Shown here piece by piece: positions 29,676-39,095 of a stretch of DNA of 58,877 bases; position 1 is the first letter of the stretch; every line of letters starts with the position of its first letter. The notes beneath the pieces were generated by a model, which did not search any database, was not told the origin of the DNA, and saw only the letters and a program-made list of their open reading frames with translations. The DNA is from a virus (taxonomy: Duplodnaviria; Caudoviricetes): IMG/VR virus record IMGVR_UViG_3300024229_000994, positions 1 to 58,877 of that record; one strand, written 5' to 3'. The position numbers were made by a program, and so were the translations under genes.

Positions 29676-29713
29676 AAAAAAGCCGTAATTAAATTTAATT
29701 ACGGCTTTTTTTT
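29676..29713. terminator. bidirectional intrinsic terminator
   Basis: Perfect palindrome aaaaaagccgtaattaaatttaattacggctttttt between convergent genes. Confidence 0.9.
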
Positions 29714-29762
29714 ACTTTTTAGATTTTGAATCGCTCGTCTTCCAGTAATACTCACTCACAAT

Positions 29763-30509
29763 CTAGACTTTAAGGGCCATATCCCAGATTACTAATTGTA
29801 GTCTCGGGCTAAACTTAAGTGTATGTTTTTTACATAACTCAGCTACCATTGCAGATTTAGCAGTGTGCTCTTCCCTACTACCACAGCAAGGCATTAACCA
29901 AACTCTTTCACGGCTAACTAAACCATTATCAATATATTTTTCAAATAGTTCCTTCTCATCATCTTCATTATTAATAACAAATTTAAAGCAAGAACCTAAT
30001 TCATTATGATACTTTAACACATCAGGTTTATACCTACGCTTTTCCGGATCGCCGTTATTACTCATCTTCGGAGATACAGTAAACGTCGCTCTATATATTG
30101 AGGACCATTCCGGTAAAGGCATTAAAGATCCATTTGTTTCGAAGTCAATACGCGGGCAAAAACTGAACCTTTCCATAAAGGATACTAACCATTCTATAAG
30201 TCGCTTCTGTTGCAGCAACGGTTCTCCGCCGGTAATCTTAAGAATTGCACCGTCCTTAAGATTCTTAACGAACCCGTTATTCTCATAGAAATTATTGAGC
30301 TCATCATATGTATATCGGTTCTTCACAGACCATGAAACAAACGAATCGCATCCATGCGGTGAATCTTCGGATGCAAAGCCTTGACATGTAAGGTTACACA
30401 TAGCAAGTCTCATAAAAACAGAAGGTTCACCAATGAATTTACCTTCACCTTCTACAGTATAAAAGACGTGATCATCGCTAAGAGATAGCGTTTTATTTAG
30501 ATTAGACAT
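29763..30509 (-). CDS. queE: 7-carboxy-7-deazaguanine synthase (radical SAM)
   Basis: FYTVEGEG, FMRLAMCNLTC...CDS, TGGEPLLQ, ETNG, SPRLQLVIW. Confidence 0.92.
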   Translation of the reverse strand: MSNLNKTLSLSDDHVFYTVEGEGKFIGEPSVFMRLAMCNLTCQGFASEDSPHGCDSFVSWSVKNRYTYDELNNFYENNGFVKNLKDGAILKITGGEPLLQQKRLIEWLVSFMERFSFCPRIDFETNGSLMPLPEWSSIYRATFTVSPKMSNNGDPEKRRYKPDVLKYHNELGSCFKFVINNEDDEKELFEKYIDNGLVSRERVWLMPCCGSREEHTAKSAMVAELCKKHTLKFSPRLQLVIWDMALKV

Positions 30510-30623
30510 ACATTAATTATATATATGTTCCGTCGCGTATCAAGCAGTAATATTATATTTATTCAAAAACATACAATTTTACACGTGTAATTTATCATGT
30601 ATATACGTATTAAATATATGTAT

Positions 30624-31397
30624 ATGTCAACAAAAACTAGTACTCGAAAGAGTACAAAAGCCGCGAAAAGACAACCCGTAAATAAATCAGAACTTGTTTT
30701 TGATAATAGAGTCGCGATGCCAGGTGATGACTGGGATCTAGATTTTAAAATCAAACAAGATTATGATCTAACTGAGAGGCAACAAGCCTTCTTTAATACA
30801 GCATTACAGCAGCAAACGCGAATGTGTATTGTAGATGGACCAGCTGGTACAGCTAAAACATATATAGCAGTATTAGCAGCATTAAAGTTGCTTCATAATA
30901 GACAGATAGATAATATTGTATATATTAGATCAATTGTGGAGAGTGCCTCCAGAAGTATGGGAGCTCTACCAGGTGAATTGGAAGATAAATTCGCACCATG
31001 GTCTATGCCTCTTATTGATAAGTTAGACGAGATACTAGTAGGTAATACTAGTAACAATCTAATGTCTAAGGGGTATATTAGATGTATACCAGTTAATTTT
31101 ACAAGAGGTCTAACATTTAAGAATGCTTGCGTTATTATTGACGAAGCTCAAAATATGACTAATTCTGAATTAACTACTATTTTAACTCGATTCGGTCAAG
31201 ATAGTAAATATCTAGTCGTCGGTGACACGTATCAAGCAGATATCGGTGAAAAGAGTGGGTTCGCTGGAATATATAAAGCTTTCGATGCGGATATCTGCAG
31301 TGAAAATAATATCAATACCTTTAAATTTGACGGTGACGATATTGTTCGAAGTGAAATCTTAAAGTTTATCGTCGAGAGACTGCACACCATTAAGTAG
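30624..31397 (+). CDS. phoH: PhoH-family ATPase
   Basis: GPAGTAKT, MGALPG, RGLTF, DEAQN, GDTYQAD; start re-placed 7 nt after TAAATA. Confidence 0.95.
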   Translation: MSTKTSTRKSTKAAKRQPVNKSELVFDNRVAMPGDDWDLDFKIKQDYDLTERQQAFFNTALQQQTRMCIVDGPAGTAKTYIAVLAALKLLHNRQIDNIVYIRSIVESASRSMGALPGELEDKFAPWSMPLIDKLDEILVGNTSNNLMSKGYIRCIPVNFTRGLTFKNACVIIDEAQNMTNSELTTILTRFGQDSKYLVVGDTYQADIGEKSGFAGIYKAFDADICSENNINTFKFDGDDIVRSEILKFIVERLHTIK

Positions 31398-31631
31398 CTC
31401 TTTCATCGCTTGCTCAAGCCCGACCGGTTGAATTTCCTGTACCGGTTCGGGCTTTTGCTCATTCTTAATTTCAGTTGGTGGAGTTACTGCATGTTGCATT
31501 TTTGCAAATACATTATTTTCTAACTCGACTGATTTTGGATCTCTCTCTCGTGTTGTAGGTATACCACCGGTAGCTCCATTAGAGTGAATAGGTGCTTTGG
31601 ATATGCCTTGGTATATATCACCTAAATTCAT
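31359..31631 (-). CDS. hypothetical protein
   Basis: 90 aa, 2 nt downstream of queD. Confidence 0.6.
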   Translation of the reverse strand: MNLGDIYQGISKAPIHSNGATGGIPTTRERDPKSVELENNVFAKMQHAVTPPTEIKNEQKPEPVQEIQPVGLEQAMKELLNGVQSLDDKL

Positions 31632-31633
31632 TA

Positions 31634-32245
31634 TTAATTACCCCATGATGTACCGCCAAATAAATTACCCATACCAGTAGTAACTTTACTATTAAGTGGT
31701 GGAATTTTTGGTTTATCTTGAGGAATTTCAGTAACTGTATTTTCTACAACTGCAGTTACATTTTCTTTCTCTGTATTATCTTGAATCTGTAGCGTAATAT
31801 CACCGAGACTCTCTTCATAAATTGCACTATTCCCTTCATGCTCCCAGACCTCTACTTTGATAACTCTTACACGGTTATTTGTTTGTTCGGTTACAAATTT
31901 ATTTGTTGTTTCATAAACCCATTCAGCAGTTCTTTCAATACCGACGCCTTTCTCAGCAATGCGAAGATCAATCATACCCTTATCAGACATCAACTTAAAT
32001 GTATCCAATTCAGGATCATCAGCAGCTACTACAGTTGTATGATCGAATTGCTTTTCTAAAAGTTTTTTAATTTCTCTACAACCACCGAAATCATAAATCC
32101 AATTCTTATCATCTAATTGATCTGCTGTAAACCATAACTTACATTGCAATCTATAACCATGAATTAACTTGCAATGACTATCTGCTCTCCATTGACGAAA
32201 AGCTGTACTACCCATAGGAATAATCTTCGTTGAAATATATCTCAT
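31634..32245 (-). CDS. queD: 6-carboxytetrahydropterin synthase
   Basis: FRQWRADSHCKLIHGY, DFGG, FDHT, EVWEH. Confidence 0.9.
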   Translation of the reverse strand: MRYISTKIIPMGSTAFRQWRADSHCKLIHGYRLQCKLWFTADQLDDKNWIYDFGGCREIKKLLEKQFDHTTVVAADDPELDTFKLMSDKGMIDLRIAEKGVGIERTAEWVYETTNKFVTEQTNNRVRVIKVEVWEHEGNSAIYEESLGDITLQIQDNTEKENVTAVVENTVTEIPQDKPKIPPLNSKVTTGMGNLFGGTSWGN

Positions 32246-32297
32246 ATTATTATTATGAAGTATATATCATGATAATCAACTTTTTTTATGATAAGAG

Positions 32298-32369
32298 TTG
32301 ATTTATATTTTTAACCTATTAAAATACCTTTAGGTGGAAGGGAGGAGGAGATCATTCAGTTATTTTTTT
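32298..32369 (+). promoter_or_regulatory. orphan promoter followed by a GGA-rich tract (candidate small RNA)
   Basis: TTGATT-N16-TAAAAT, then AGGTGGAAGGGAGGAGGAGATC...T7; no annotated + gene follows. Confidence 0.4.
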
Positions 32370-33835
32370 ACCTCTGATGTAGGTGAAGGGTTAGCTTTTG
32401 CTTCAGCTTCTTTAATTTCAGCTTCAGTTGCTGCAACACCTTTTTTGTAGTTAATTAAATATTGCTTTGTTGTTGGTAAATCTTGCAATATTTGAAATTT
32501 CATGTAACCTGACTTTTCATCGGGTCTCATGAGAATATGCTTACCGTCAGTTAAAGGCTTTACATCTGTTTTATTAATAGGGTATTGACCGTCACTATAT
32601 TTAACACCCATTAATTGTTTATTTTCACTGCTCAATGTATATAACTTTTCTTGACCGTTCCATTGAAAATTTACACCTTCTGTAGTTATAGCATTAATAG
32701 GTTGGTTTTCATTATCATATGCATATATAATACCGGTATTACTTTCCGCGGATTTAAATTCATTATCTTTTGCTTGTAACAAGTATGTGAGGTATTTTAT
32801 GTCGCGATCCTTTAGTATATTAGCAACATCTGGTGTTAACGGTTTTAGCGTATACTGAATACCTTTTTCACCGAAACTAGTTCTACCTGTCAATTCGAAT
32901 AATGCGTTATCGATTGTCAGTCTTGAATCTGGAGTTACTACCGGGTCTTCTGCTGGTTCTGGATCTTCTGCTGGTTCTTCAAATTCAATCCTATCACCGG
33001 GGTATATATCCTTGAGGCCCTGTACAATTTTTTTAGCTTTGTCTTCACCGAGAGATTTAATCCAATCACCTTTATATGATTTTTGAAAGTTAAATTCCGG
33101 TTCTTCAGCATCTTCTACGCTCGATCCGGATAATCCCTTCTTAGGGTCATGACCTTTAAAGGTAAACGGTATATCAGGGTATGTTTCTTTAACAGCTTTC
33201 AGGAAACTAGGTACACCTTTTGATATCCATTGCACGCGCCTATCAATTACCTTCTTGCCTGTATCCGGGTCAGTTAATTTCATTTCGGTATCTAATTTTA
33301 AAACATCTTTAAGTATATCCCAAACACGTACAGCTTTTGATTTACCGTCCTTATTACCAGCCATTTGCTCCATATTCTTGAAGCTACCCTTTTCATTTCT
33401 ATCTAACGAGGCTTGAGCTTCATTTATTTTTTTTAAAAAATGTGCTGGTAGTACTGCCTCATTTGCTTCTGAAGCTTCCGGAGCCTCTTCAGAAGCAGCA
33501 GATGCATCTTGACCATATGCATTTATTTTTTTTATAATATCATCACCGAGTTTAATTTTGTTAAATCCACCTTTACCAAAATATCCCATTTTATTAGTAC
33601 TTTTATCAAGTTGTTTATCTAATATTTTTTGTAGAGCATCTCCGATATCCCATTTGCCTCTTGCAACTTCAGCGCCTTTCTTAATAAAGTTAGTGGATTT
33701 TTGAGCTGCACTTGCAACTTTATTTAAGATCCCCCCTTTCTTAACAGGTTTATTTGCATTTGCAGCTAATTGACCTGTATCGGTAGTGTTAGATTCAGGC
33801 GTTGCTTCCTGTATTAATTTTAAAAAATTACTCAT
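32360..33835 (-). CDS. hypothetical late protein (putative head-internal)
   Basis: 491 aa, MSNFLKLIQEA, acidic linkers; TAAATA upstream. Confidence 0.75.
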   Translation of the reverse strand: MSNFLKLIQEATPESNTTDTGQLAANANKPVKKGGILNKVASAAQKSTNFIKKGAEVARGKWDIGDALQKILDKQLDKSTNKMGYFGKGGFNKIKLGDDIIKKINAYGQDASAASEEAPEASEANEAVLPAHFLKKINEAQASLDRNEKGSFKNMEQMAGNKDGKSKAVRVWDILKDVLKLDTEMKLTDPDTGKKVIDRRVQWISKGVPSFLKAVKETYPDIPFTFKGHDPKKGLSGSSVEDAEEPEFNFQKSYKGDWIKSLGEDKAKKIVQGLKDIYPGDRIEFEEPAEDPEPAEDPVVTPDSRLTIDNALFELTGRTSFGEKGIQYTLKPLTPDVANILKDRDIKYLTYLLQAKDNEFKSAESNTGIIYAYDNENQPINAITTEGVNFQWNGQEKLYTLSSENKQLMGVKYSDGQYPINKTDVKPLTDGKHILMRPDEKSGYMKFQILQDLPTTKQYLINYKKGVAATEAEIKEAEAKANPSPTSEVKK

Positions 33836-33884
33836 TATTAATATTATTTATTGATTTTATATTTATATACTATATAATTAGTGT

Positions 33885-34928
33885 ATGTCAGATAAAAGTA
33901 AAAATTATGAATGGTTAGGTGAAGATGATGAACTTACTGGAGAAAAGGACGTTATTGCAAAAGAAATTATGGGTGAAGAGTTTAGTAAAGGCTACTTTCC
34001 TCCTATTAGAGTATATGATGATAATGTCAATGCAGATAAAGAATACATTTCTTCATTACCTGACCTTCAGAACGGCCCTTCTAGTTTAATTCAAGGTGCA
34101 CCTGTACCTATTCAACAAGTAGGTATCCATAACTTTAAACTACCGTTAACTTATAAGAAGAGAGATGGTAAGACTATTGAGTTAGAGACGAGCGTTACTG
34201 GCAGCGTTAGTCTCGAAGCTCATAAGAAGGGCATTAATATGTCTCGTATCATGAGAAGCTTCTATGACCATAAAGATGAAGTATTTAGTATGGGTAAGAT
34301 TAGAGATGTTCTCGAGACATATAGGAATAATCTTAAGAGCTTCGACTCTCGTATTATGCTTAAGATTTCATATCCTATTAAGCAACAGAGTCTACGTAGT
34401 GGTTTAGAAGGCTTCCAGTATTATGACGTAGTATTTGAAGGCGATCTAACTAAAGAAGGTGAATTTAAAAAGTATATTCACTTTGATTTCGTTTATTCAT
34501 CGGCATGCCCTTGTAGTTTTGAATTAAGTGAGCATGCTGAAAAGTATCGTAATAGAGCTACAGTGCCTCATAGTCAACGAAGTGTTGCTCGAGTTAGTGT
34601 GAAGTTTGATGATATGCTCTGGGTCGAGGATCTCCAGGAATTATGCTTAGCTGCTCTTCAAACCGAAACTCAAGTAATGGTCAAGAGAGAAGACGAGCAG
34701 GCGTTTGCTGAAAAGAACGGTGCTTATCTTAAGTTCGTAGAGGATGCAGTTAGACTACTCTTCGAAAAGCTTAATAATGAATCTCGTATTAAAGACTTTA
34801 AGATTGTAGCTTCGCATAACGAAAGCTTGCATAGTCATAATGCTGTATCAGTTATTGTAAAGGGTGTAGAAGGTGGCTTCTCAGCTGGAGTAGCTAGAGA
34901 TGTATTCGAATCAACTGGATTACGGTAG
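33885..34928 (+). CDS. folE2: GTP cyclohydrolase I type IB
   Basis: LPDLQN, QVGI, KGINMSR, SACPCS, HSQRS, VKREDE, FVEDAVR, ESLHSH. Confidence 0.95.
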   Translation: MSDKSKNYEWLGEDDELTGEKDVIAKEIMGEEFSKGYFPPIRVYDDNVNADKEYISSLPDLQNGPSSLIQGAPVPIQQVGIHNFKLPLTYKKRDGKTIELETSVTGSVSLEAHKKGINMSRIMRSFYDHKDEVFSMGKIRDVLETYRNNLKSFDSRIMLKISYPIKQQSLRSGLEGFQYYDVVFEGDLTKEGEFKKYIHFDFVYSSACPCSFELSEHAEKYRNRATVPHSQRSVARVSVKFDDMLWVEDLQELCLAALQTETQVMVKREDEQAFAEKNGAYLKFVEDAVRLLFEKLNNESRIKDFKIVASHNESLHSHNAVSVIVKGVEGGFSAGVARDVFESTGLR

Positions 34929-34950
34929 TTTAAATATATAACAATATTAC

Positions 34951-34981
34951 AAAACTGTTAGTGAAAGCTAACAGTTTTTTT
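34951..34981. terminator. intrinsic terminator (bidirectional)
   Basis: aaaactgttag-tgaaag-ctaacagttttttt. Confidence 0.85.
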
Positions 34982-34985
34982 ATGT

Positions 34986-35426
34986 TTAATCTAAATTACC
35001 TTCAGCACTTACATCAATTAAACCGCCGAGTTGTTCGATGAAATCCTTACCTACAAGAATTTTATACTCGTTTTCTTCTCTATCACCGATTGAGAATTTA
35101 GTAGCAGGGTAAACTTCGTCGCCGATTTCAATATCAAATTCTACTACCGGTCTCTCTTCAATATTACCAGAACCAATATTGATATCAATAAATTCAACAA
35201 CACGCTTTTTTATCGTCTTACCGTCTACTGTTTCAAAAGTAACATGAGATTTACCTTCATAGCTGTCATCGAGACCACTGTACTGTAAATTTATACCATG
35301 TAAGACATTATAAGCCCCATTGCCGCTATCAACTTTAGCTTCAATGGGACCTAATTCTTTAAATGTTATTGTTTCAATCAACCCTAGTGGTTGAGTCGAT
35401 TCAAAAAATTGTTTAAAAGTAATCAC
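34986..35426 (-). CDS. retropepsin-like aspartic protease (RimK-associated 'ATP-dependent Zn protease' family)
   Basis: LGLIETI, IEAKVDSGN, EERPVV, FSIGDR, ILVGKDF; GTG start 5 nt after TAAATA. Confidence 0.8.
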   Translation of the reverse strand: MITFKQFFESTQPLGLIETITFKELGPIEAKVDSGNGAYNVLHGINLQYSGLDDSYEGKSHVTFETVDGKTIKKRVVEFIDINIGSGNIEERPVVEFDIEIGDEVYPATKFSIGDREENEYKILVGKDFIEQLGGLIDVSAEGNLD

Positions 35427-35434
35427 ATTATTAT

Positions 35435-35629
35435 TTATGCTTTACCTTCATTCTTTATCTCCTGAATCTGCTTTCTAATGTCTTTACATAGCTTCGAAAT
35501 CTCTAGCAATGACTTACGTGCACGTGTTGCAGCAGCCTTATTACCTTTTTCGAGAAAAAGCTCTACATCAGTAGAGAAGTGTTCGAAGTATACCTTAATA
35601 TCACTATTATTGTCTTTTATATTGCTCAT
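35435..35629 (-). CDS. histone H1-like protein, Hc1 family
   Basis: EKGNKAAATRARKSLLEISK matches the Hc1/HctA core (EKGNKAAAQR). Confidence 0.8.
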   Translation of the reverse strand: MSNIKDNNSDIKVYFEHFSTDVELFLEKGNKAAATRARKSLLEISKLCKDIRKQIQEIKNEGKA

Positions 35630-35700
35630 ATGCAAATATTTAATTATATAAAAAATGATTTCAAGTTTATTTTTAAGAAATATAAGCTATAATATAAGAT

Positions 35701-36579
35701 ATGGATAGTAAACCTACCAATGAGTTTATTGAATTTAGAAAAAATATCTTTGATACATTCGAAATCGATGCATCGGACATTATGTCTGCATTGCAGATTA
35801 TTGATGTAAACGTTACAGAAATATGTACCCGTAAATGTGTTTTTTGCCCGAGAGTAGATAAAAAAATATACCCTAATAGAAGCTTACATATGTCAATTGA
35901 TACATGTGAAAAGCTCGCTAATGATTTAGCTGAGTTTGAATATAAAAATCAAGTTGTGTTTGCTGGGTTTAGTGAACCTCTAGCCAATAAAAAGATATTT
36001 GAGATTGTAAAAACATTTAGAGACAAGCTACAATATAATAATAATATTTCTATTACAACAAATGGTGATCTATTAAAAGATGATACTCTTAAGAGGCTAT
36101 TTGATAACGGGCTTAATCTATTAAAGATGAGTCTATATGATGGACCGGAGCAAGAAGAGAGATTCTTAGAGCAATTTAATAGATGTAATATTAAACCAGA
36201 TCAATATGTTATTAAGAGATTCTGGTACGGCCCTGAAGAAGAATATGGTATGTCGGGTATTAGTAACCGAGTAGGTATGATGAAATTAAATGATAGGGAA
36301 GTACCTATTAGACCGTGTTATATGTCTTTTAACTCATCATTTATTGATTGGAATGGTGATGTGCTATTATGTACCCATAATTGGCGAAAGGATGTTAAGT
36401 TTGGTAATATACATAAAGCTAGCCTTAAAGATATATGGTTATCAGAAGCAGCTAAAACAATGAGGCAACATCATATAATAAACGGTCGAAAAGGAAAATC
36501 ACCGTGCACTGACTGTGAAGTACATGGTCAAGTATATGGTGAAGATTCATTTAATTTATTTAAAAAATATTATGCATAA
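35701..36579 (+). CDS. radical SAM/SPASM protein
   Basis: CTRKCVFC, FSEPL, TNG, C-terminal CY..IDWNGDVLLC..CTDC. Confidence 0.9.
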   Translation: MDSKPTNEFIEFRKNIFDTFEIDASDIMSALQIIDVNVTEICTRKCVFCPRVDKKIYPNRSLHMSIDTCEKLANDLAEFEYKNQVVFAGFSEPLANKKIFEIVKTFRDKLQYNNNISITTNGDLLKDDTLKRLFDNGLNLLKMSLYDGPEQEERFLEQFNRCNIKPDQYVIKRFWYGPEEEYGMSGISNRVGMMKLNDREVPIRPCYMSFNSSFIDWNGDVLLCTHNWRKDVKFGNIHKASLKDIWLSEAAKTMRQHHIINGRKGKSPCTDCEVHGQVYGEDSFNLFKKYYA

Positions 36580-37234
36580 AAAAATTAAAATATTTGTAGG
36601 TTTAGACGAGCCCCATAAAATTGCATATGATAAGTGTGTGAAGAGCATACATGATAAGAATGTAAAATATGATATCGATATACATCCTATTAATTATAAT
36701 ACTGTAAAAGAATATAGTAGAAAAAAAGACCCATATGAATCTACACAGTTCGCATTTGCGAGATTCTTCGTACCATATCAAAGTAGATATGAAGGTGTAA
36801 GTATATTTCTAGATGGTGACTTTTTATTCCTTGAATCGATTGATAAGCTTTTAGATCTATACGATCCGAAATATGCTATCATGTGTTGTAAGCACGAATA
36901 TAACCCAACTAACTTACAGAAGATGGGTGGAAAACCACAGACTGCCTGGCCTCGTAAAAATTGGAGTAGCTTAATGATTTTTAATAATGAGCACACAAAA
37001 AATAAAACGTTAAACCCACTCACTATTAACAATCAAACCGGAGCCTTTCTTCACAGGTTTAAATGGTTAGAGGACGAAGAGATTGGTTCACTACCTATAC
37101 AATGGAACTGGTTAGTCGATTGGTATAAAGAACCTAAGGATGGTAAGCCATTAGCTCTGCACTATACCGAAGGCGGTCCATGGCTTAAAGAATATAATCA
37201 ATGCGATTATGCGGATATATGGCTAAATTACTAA
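36572..37234 (+). CDS. GT8-like glycosyltransferase
   Basis: IFVGLD, STQFAFARFFVP, FLDGDF, PRKNWSS, WNWL, LHYTEGGPW; start re-placed at 36572. Confidence 0.8.
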   Translation: MHKKIKIFVGLDEPHKIAYDKCVKSIHDKNVKYDIDIHPINYNTVKEYSRKKDPYESTQFAFARFFVPYQSRYEGVSIFLDGDFLFLESIDKLLDLYDPKYAIMCCKHEYNPTNLQKMGGKPQTAWPRKNWSSLMIFNNEHTKNKTLNPLTINNQTGAFLHRFKWLEDEEIGSLPIQWNWLVDWYKEPKDGKPLALHYTEGGPWLKEYNQCDYADIWLNY

Positions 37235-38208
37235 TAAAAAACTCTACTATTTTTTAGTTCTCTACCAATAATATCAATTGCTTGACTTTTGTTTCTTGTT
37301 ATAAATTTATCATAATATGAACCATTATATTTTTCCATACCATAATTGAAAAGTTCATCTCTATATGTATTATATACAGACATAAAGTCAATATAACTAG
37401 CAGGTGAATTTTGTATATACATACAATCTGTAAGTAGACTCTCTAAAGAGCCTTTTTCTTTACATTTAAACCCAGCTTCTGTCTTTTGGAATCCTAGCTT
37501 CTCACTCGAGAATCCACCGTCGTATAAATGCGTAGTATCCATTCCAAATTTATTGCAAAAATGAGATTTATAATCATTACTACCGCTTATTAAAATTAGA
37601 TCTTTGTAGGGGGTCTCTTTGATCAGAAAATCACAGAAAATATCCAACATCTTTATATCCTCATCTTTATCTATTCTAAATGTGGGTAGTGTTATAAAGT
37701 ATTTCTCTTTTGTAAAATTCTTTATCAGCTTAGCGTCGACGCTGATATCAGCATTTAATTTTATACTATCTTTATTCTTACGCTTTTTTGTATTATTAAT
37801 ATAATGCAGTTCATTATCATTATAATTATCTAGATAATAAAACTTAACAGTGTTATCTAATAAGAAATTACTACCATCGCTTATTCCATTGATATACATA
37901 TCATTGATATTGTCAACCTTTGTAACTCTTTCTATAAACAATTTTTTAATATATGTATCATCGCGATGCATCGGATCTACCTTTCTACCCTTAACTGCTT
38001 TTAATCTCATATCTCTTATAAGCTTATATGAATTATTATTCTCTATATTATTGAAAGTAAACATCTTATTTTCAAAGACATTAGTAAGATCTCCTTTGAT
38101 ATAAAAGGTTTTATTATGATCCTTATAATATTTAGATAACATTATCAACCCGATCATAAAATCAGTATATGTTACTCTCTCTCTTATAGCCTGCGCGAAG
38201 TATATCAT
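37231..38208 (-). CDS. hypothetical protein, possibly a divergent fucosyltransferase-like GT
   Basis: LILISGSNDYK motif shared with 40196..41086. Confidence 0.55.
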   Translation of the reverse strand: MIYFAQAIRERVTYTDFMIGLIMLSKYYKDHNKTFYIKGDLTNVFENKMFTFNNIENNNSYKLIRDMRLKAVKGRKVDPMHRDDTYIKKLFIERVTKVDNINDMYINGISDGSNFLLDNTVKFYYLDNYNDNELHYINNTKKRKNKDSIKLNADISVDAKLIKNFTKEKYFITLPTFRIDKDEDIKMLDIFCDFLIKETPYKDLILISGSNDYKSHFCNKFGMDTTHLYDGGFSSEKLGFQKTEAGFKCKEKGSLESLLTDCMYIQNSPASYIDFMSVYNTYRDELFNYGMEKYNGSYYDKFITRNKSQAIDIIGRELKNSRVFY

Positions 38209-39062
38209 AGTTTATAGTATTTTGTATATTGTTTACCGACTTTCTCGCCATGTATATTACATCTATTACATACCGGTAAGTCTCGTTTACCTTCTTTCAG
38301 ATGTGATCTGTAATTATTTAAGAAAGTTGATTCCCATATTTCTTTTAAGGTATGAGTATTAATATTTAACTTATTCTTCGATAGTTTAAACCAATCCTCG
38401 CAGCATAAAATCTGATCACCATTCCAGTCGATAAAAAGTTTATAAAAAGGCAAATAGCATTTATTTTTTATATTATCTTTCAGTAAATCAGTATTCATTT
38501 TAACTGCTCCAGCTCTATTTGTAAATCCTGAAAAATTATCTGAATGATAATAACTCTTCCTTAACGTAAATGTATCAGAATTGTAACTCTCGAACATCTT
38601 ATTGAATTTTTCTAGCTGTTCATCACCGTCATATAAACTAACAACAATATGATTAATACCAGCTTCATATATTTTCTCGATGATGCCTTCCTTTATCTTA
38701 TCACCATTAGTATTAATTTCATGTACTCTTAGTTGTGGATTTTCGTCACTAACAATCTTTACGAGTTTATAAAAATCTTTTGTTAGTAAGGGCTCTCCAT
38801 TACCGGACCAGCCTATTCTATTCGTGTAGTTATTGAGCTTGAGCTCAGAGCTCAGCTTTCGGATCGTCTCTTCAGTTATATGTAAATTTTGATTCGGATA
38901 CACCTTAGGGTCACTTCTAGGGCAAAAATGGCAGGTACGGTTACATAGCTCAGTCGGATTAATAGTAATACTCTGCAGAGCTTTCATCGGCGTCATCTCG
39001 ATATCCGTAGCTATTTGCCTTTTTCTCAGATCGATTATATCTTGCTTATTATCTGCTATCAC
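38205..39062 (-). CDS. radical SAM/SPASM protein (paralogue of 35701)
   Basis: CNRTCHFC, GEPL, TNG, TNRAG, CY..IDWNGDQILCC..CNRC. Confidence 0.9.
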   Translation of the reverse strand: MIADNKQDIIDLRKRQIATDIEMTPMKALQSITINPTELCNRTCHFCPRSDPKVYPNQNLHITEETIRKLSSELKLNNYTNRIGWSGNGEPLLTKDFYKLVKIVSDENPQLRVHEINTNGDKIKEGIIEKIYEAGINHIVVSLYDGDEQLEKFNKMFESYNSDTFTLRKSYYHSDNFSGFTNRAGAVKMNTDLLKDNIKNKCYLPFYKLFIDWNGDQILCCEDWFKLSKNKLNINTHTLKEIWESTFLNNYRSHLKEGKRDLPVCNRCNIHGEKVGKQYTKYYKL

Positions 39063-39095
39063 TTAAGTAATTATTAATAGTTTTGCAGATATCCA

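Noticed and set aside
29711-29759. 15-codon GTG ORF (MSEYYWKTSDSKSKK) after queE on the minus strand
   Set aside because: Too short to support and no independent evidence; coordinates approximate
32941-32980. Short direct repeat tcttctgctggttct
   Set aside because: Encodes an EPAEDP linker duplication inside a CDS; not an array
34929-34981. TAAATA just after the folE2 stop and before a terminator (similar case after the OMP stop) as another sRNA
   Set aside because: A 6-mer match is expected by chance in AT-rich DNA, and an ordinary 3' UTR explains the region
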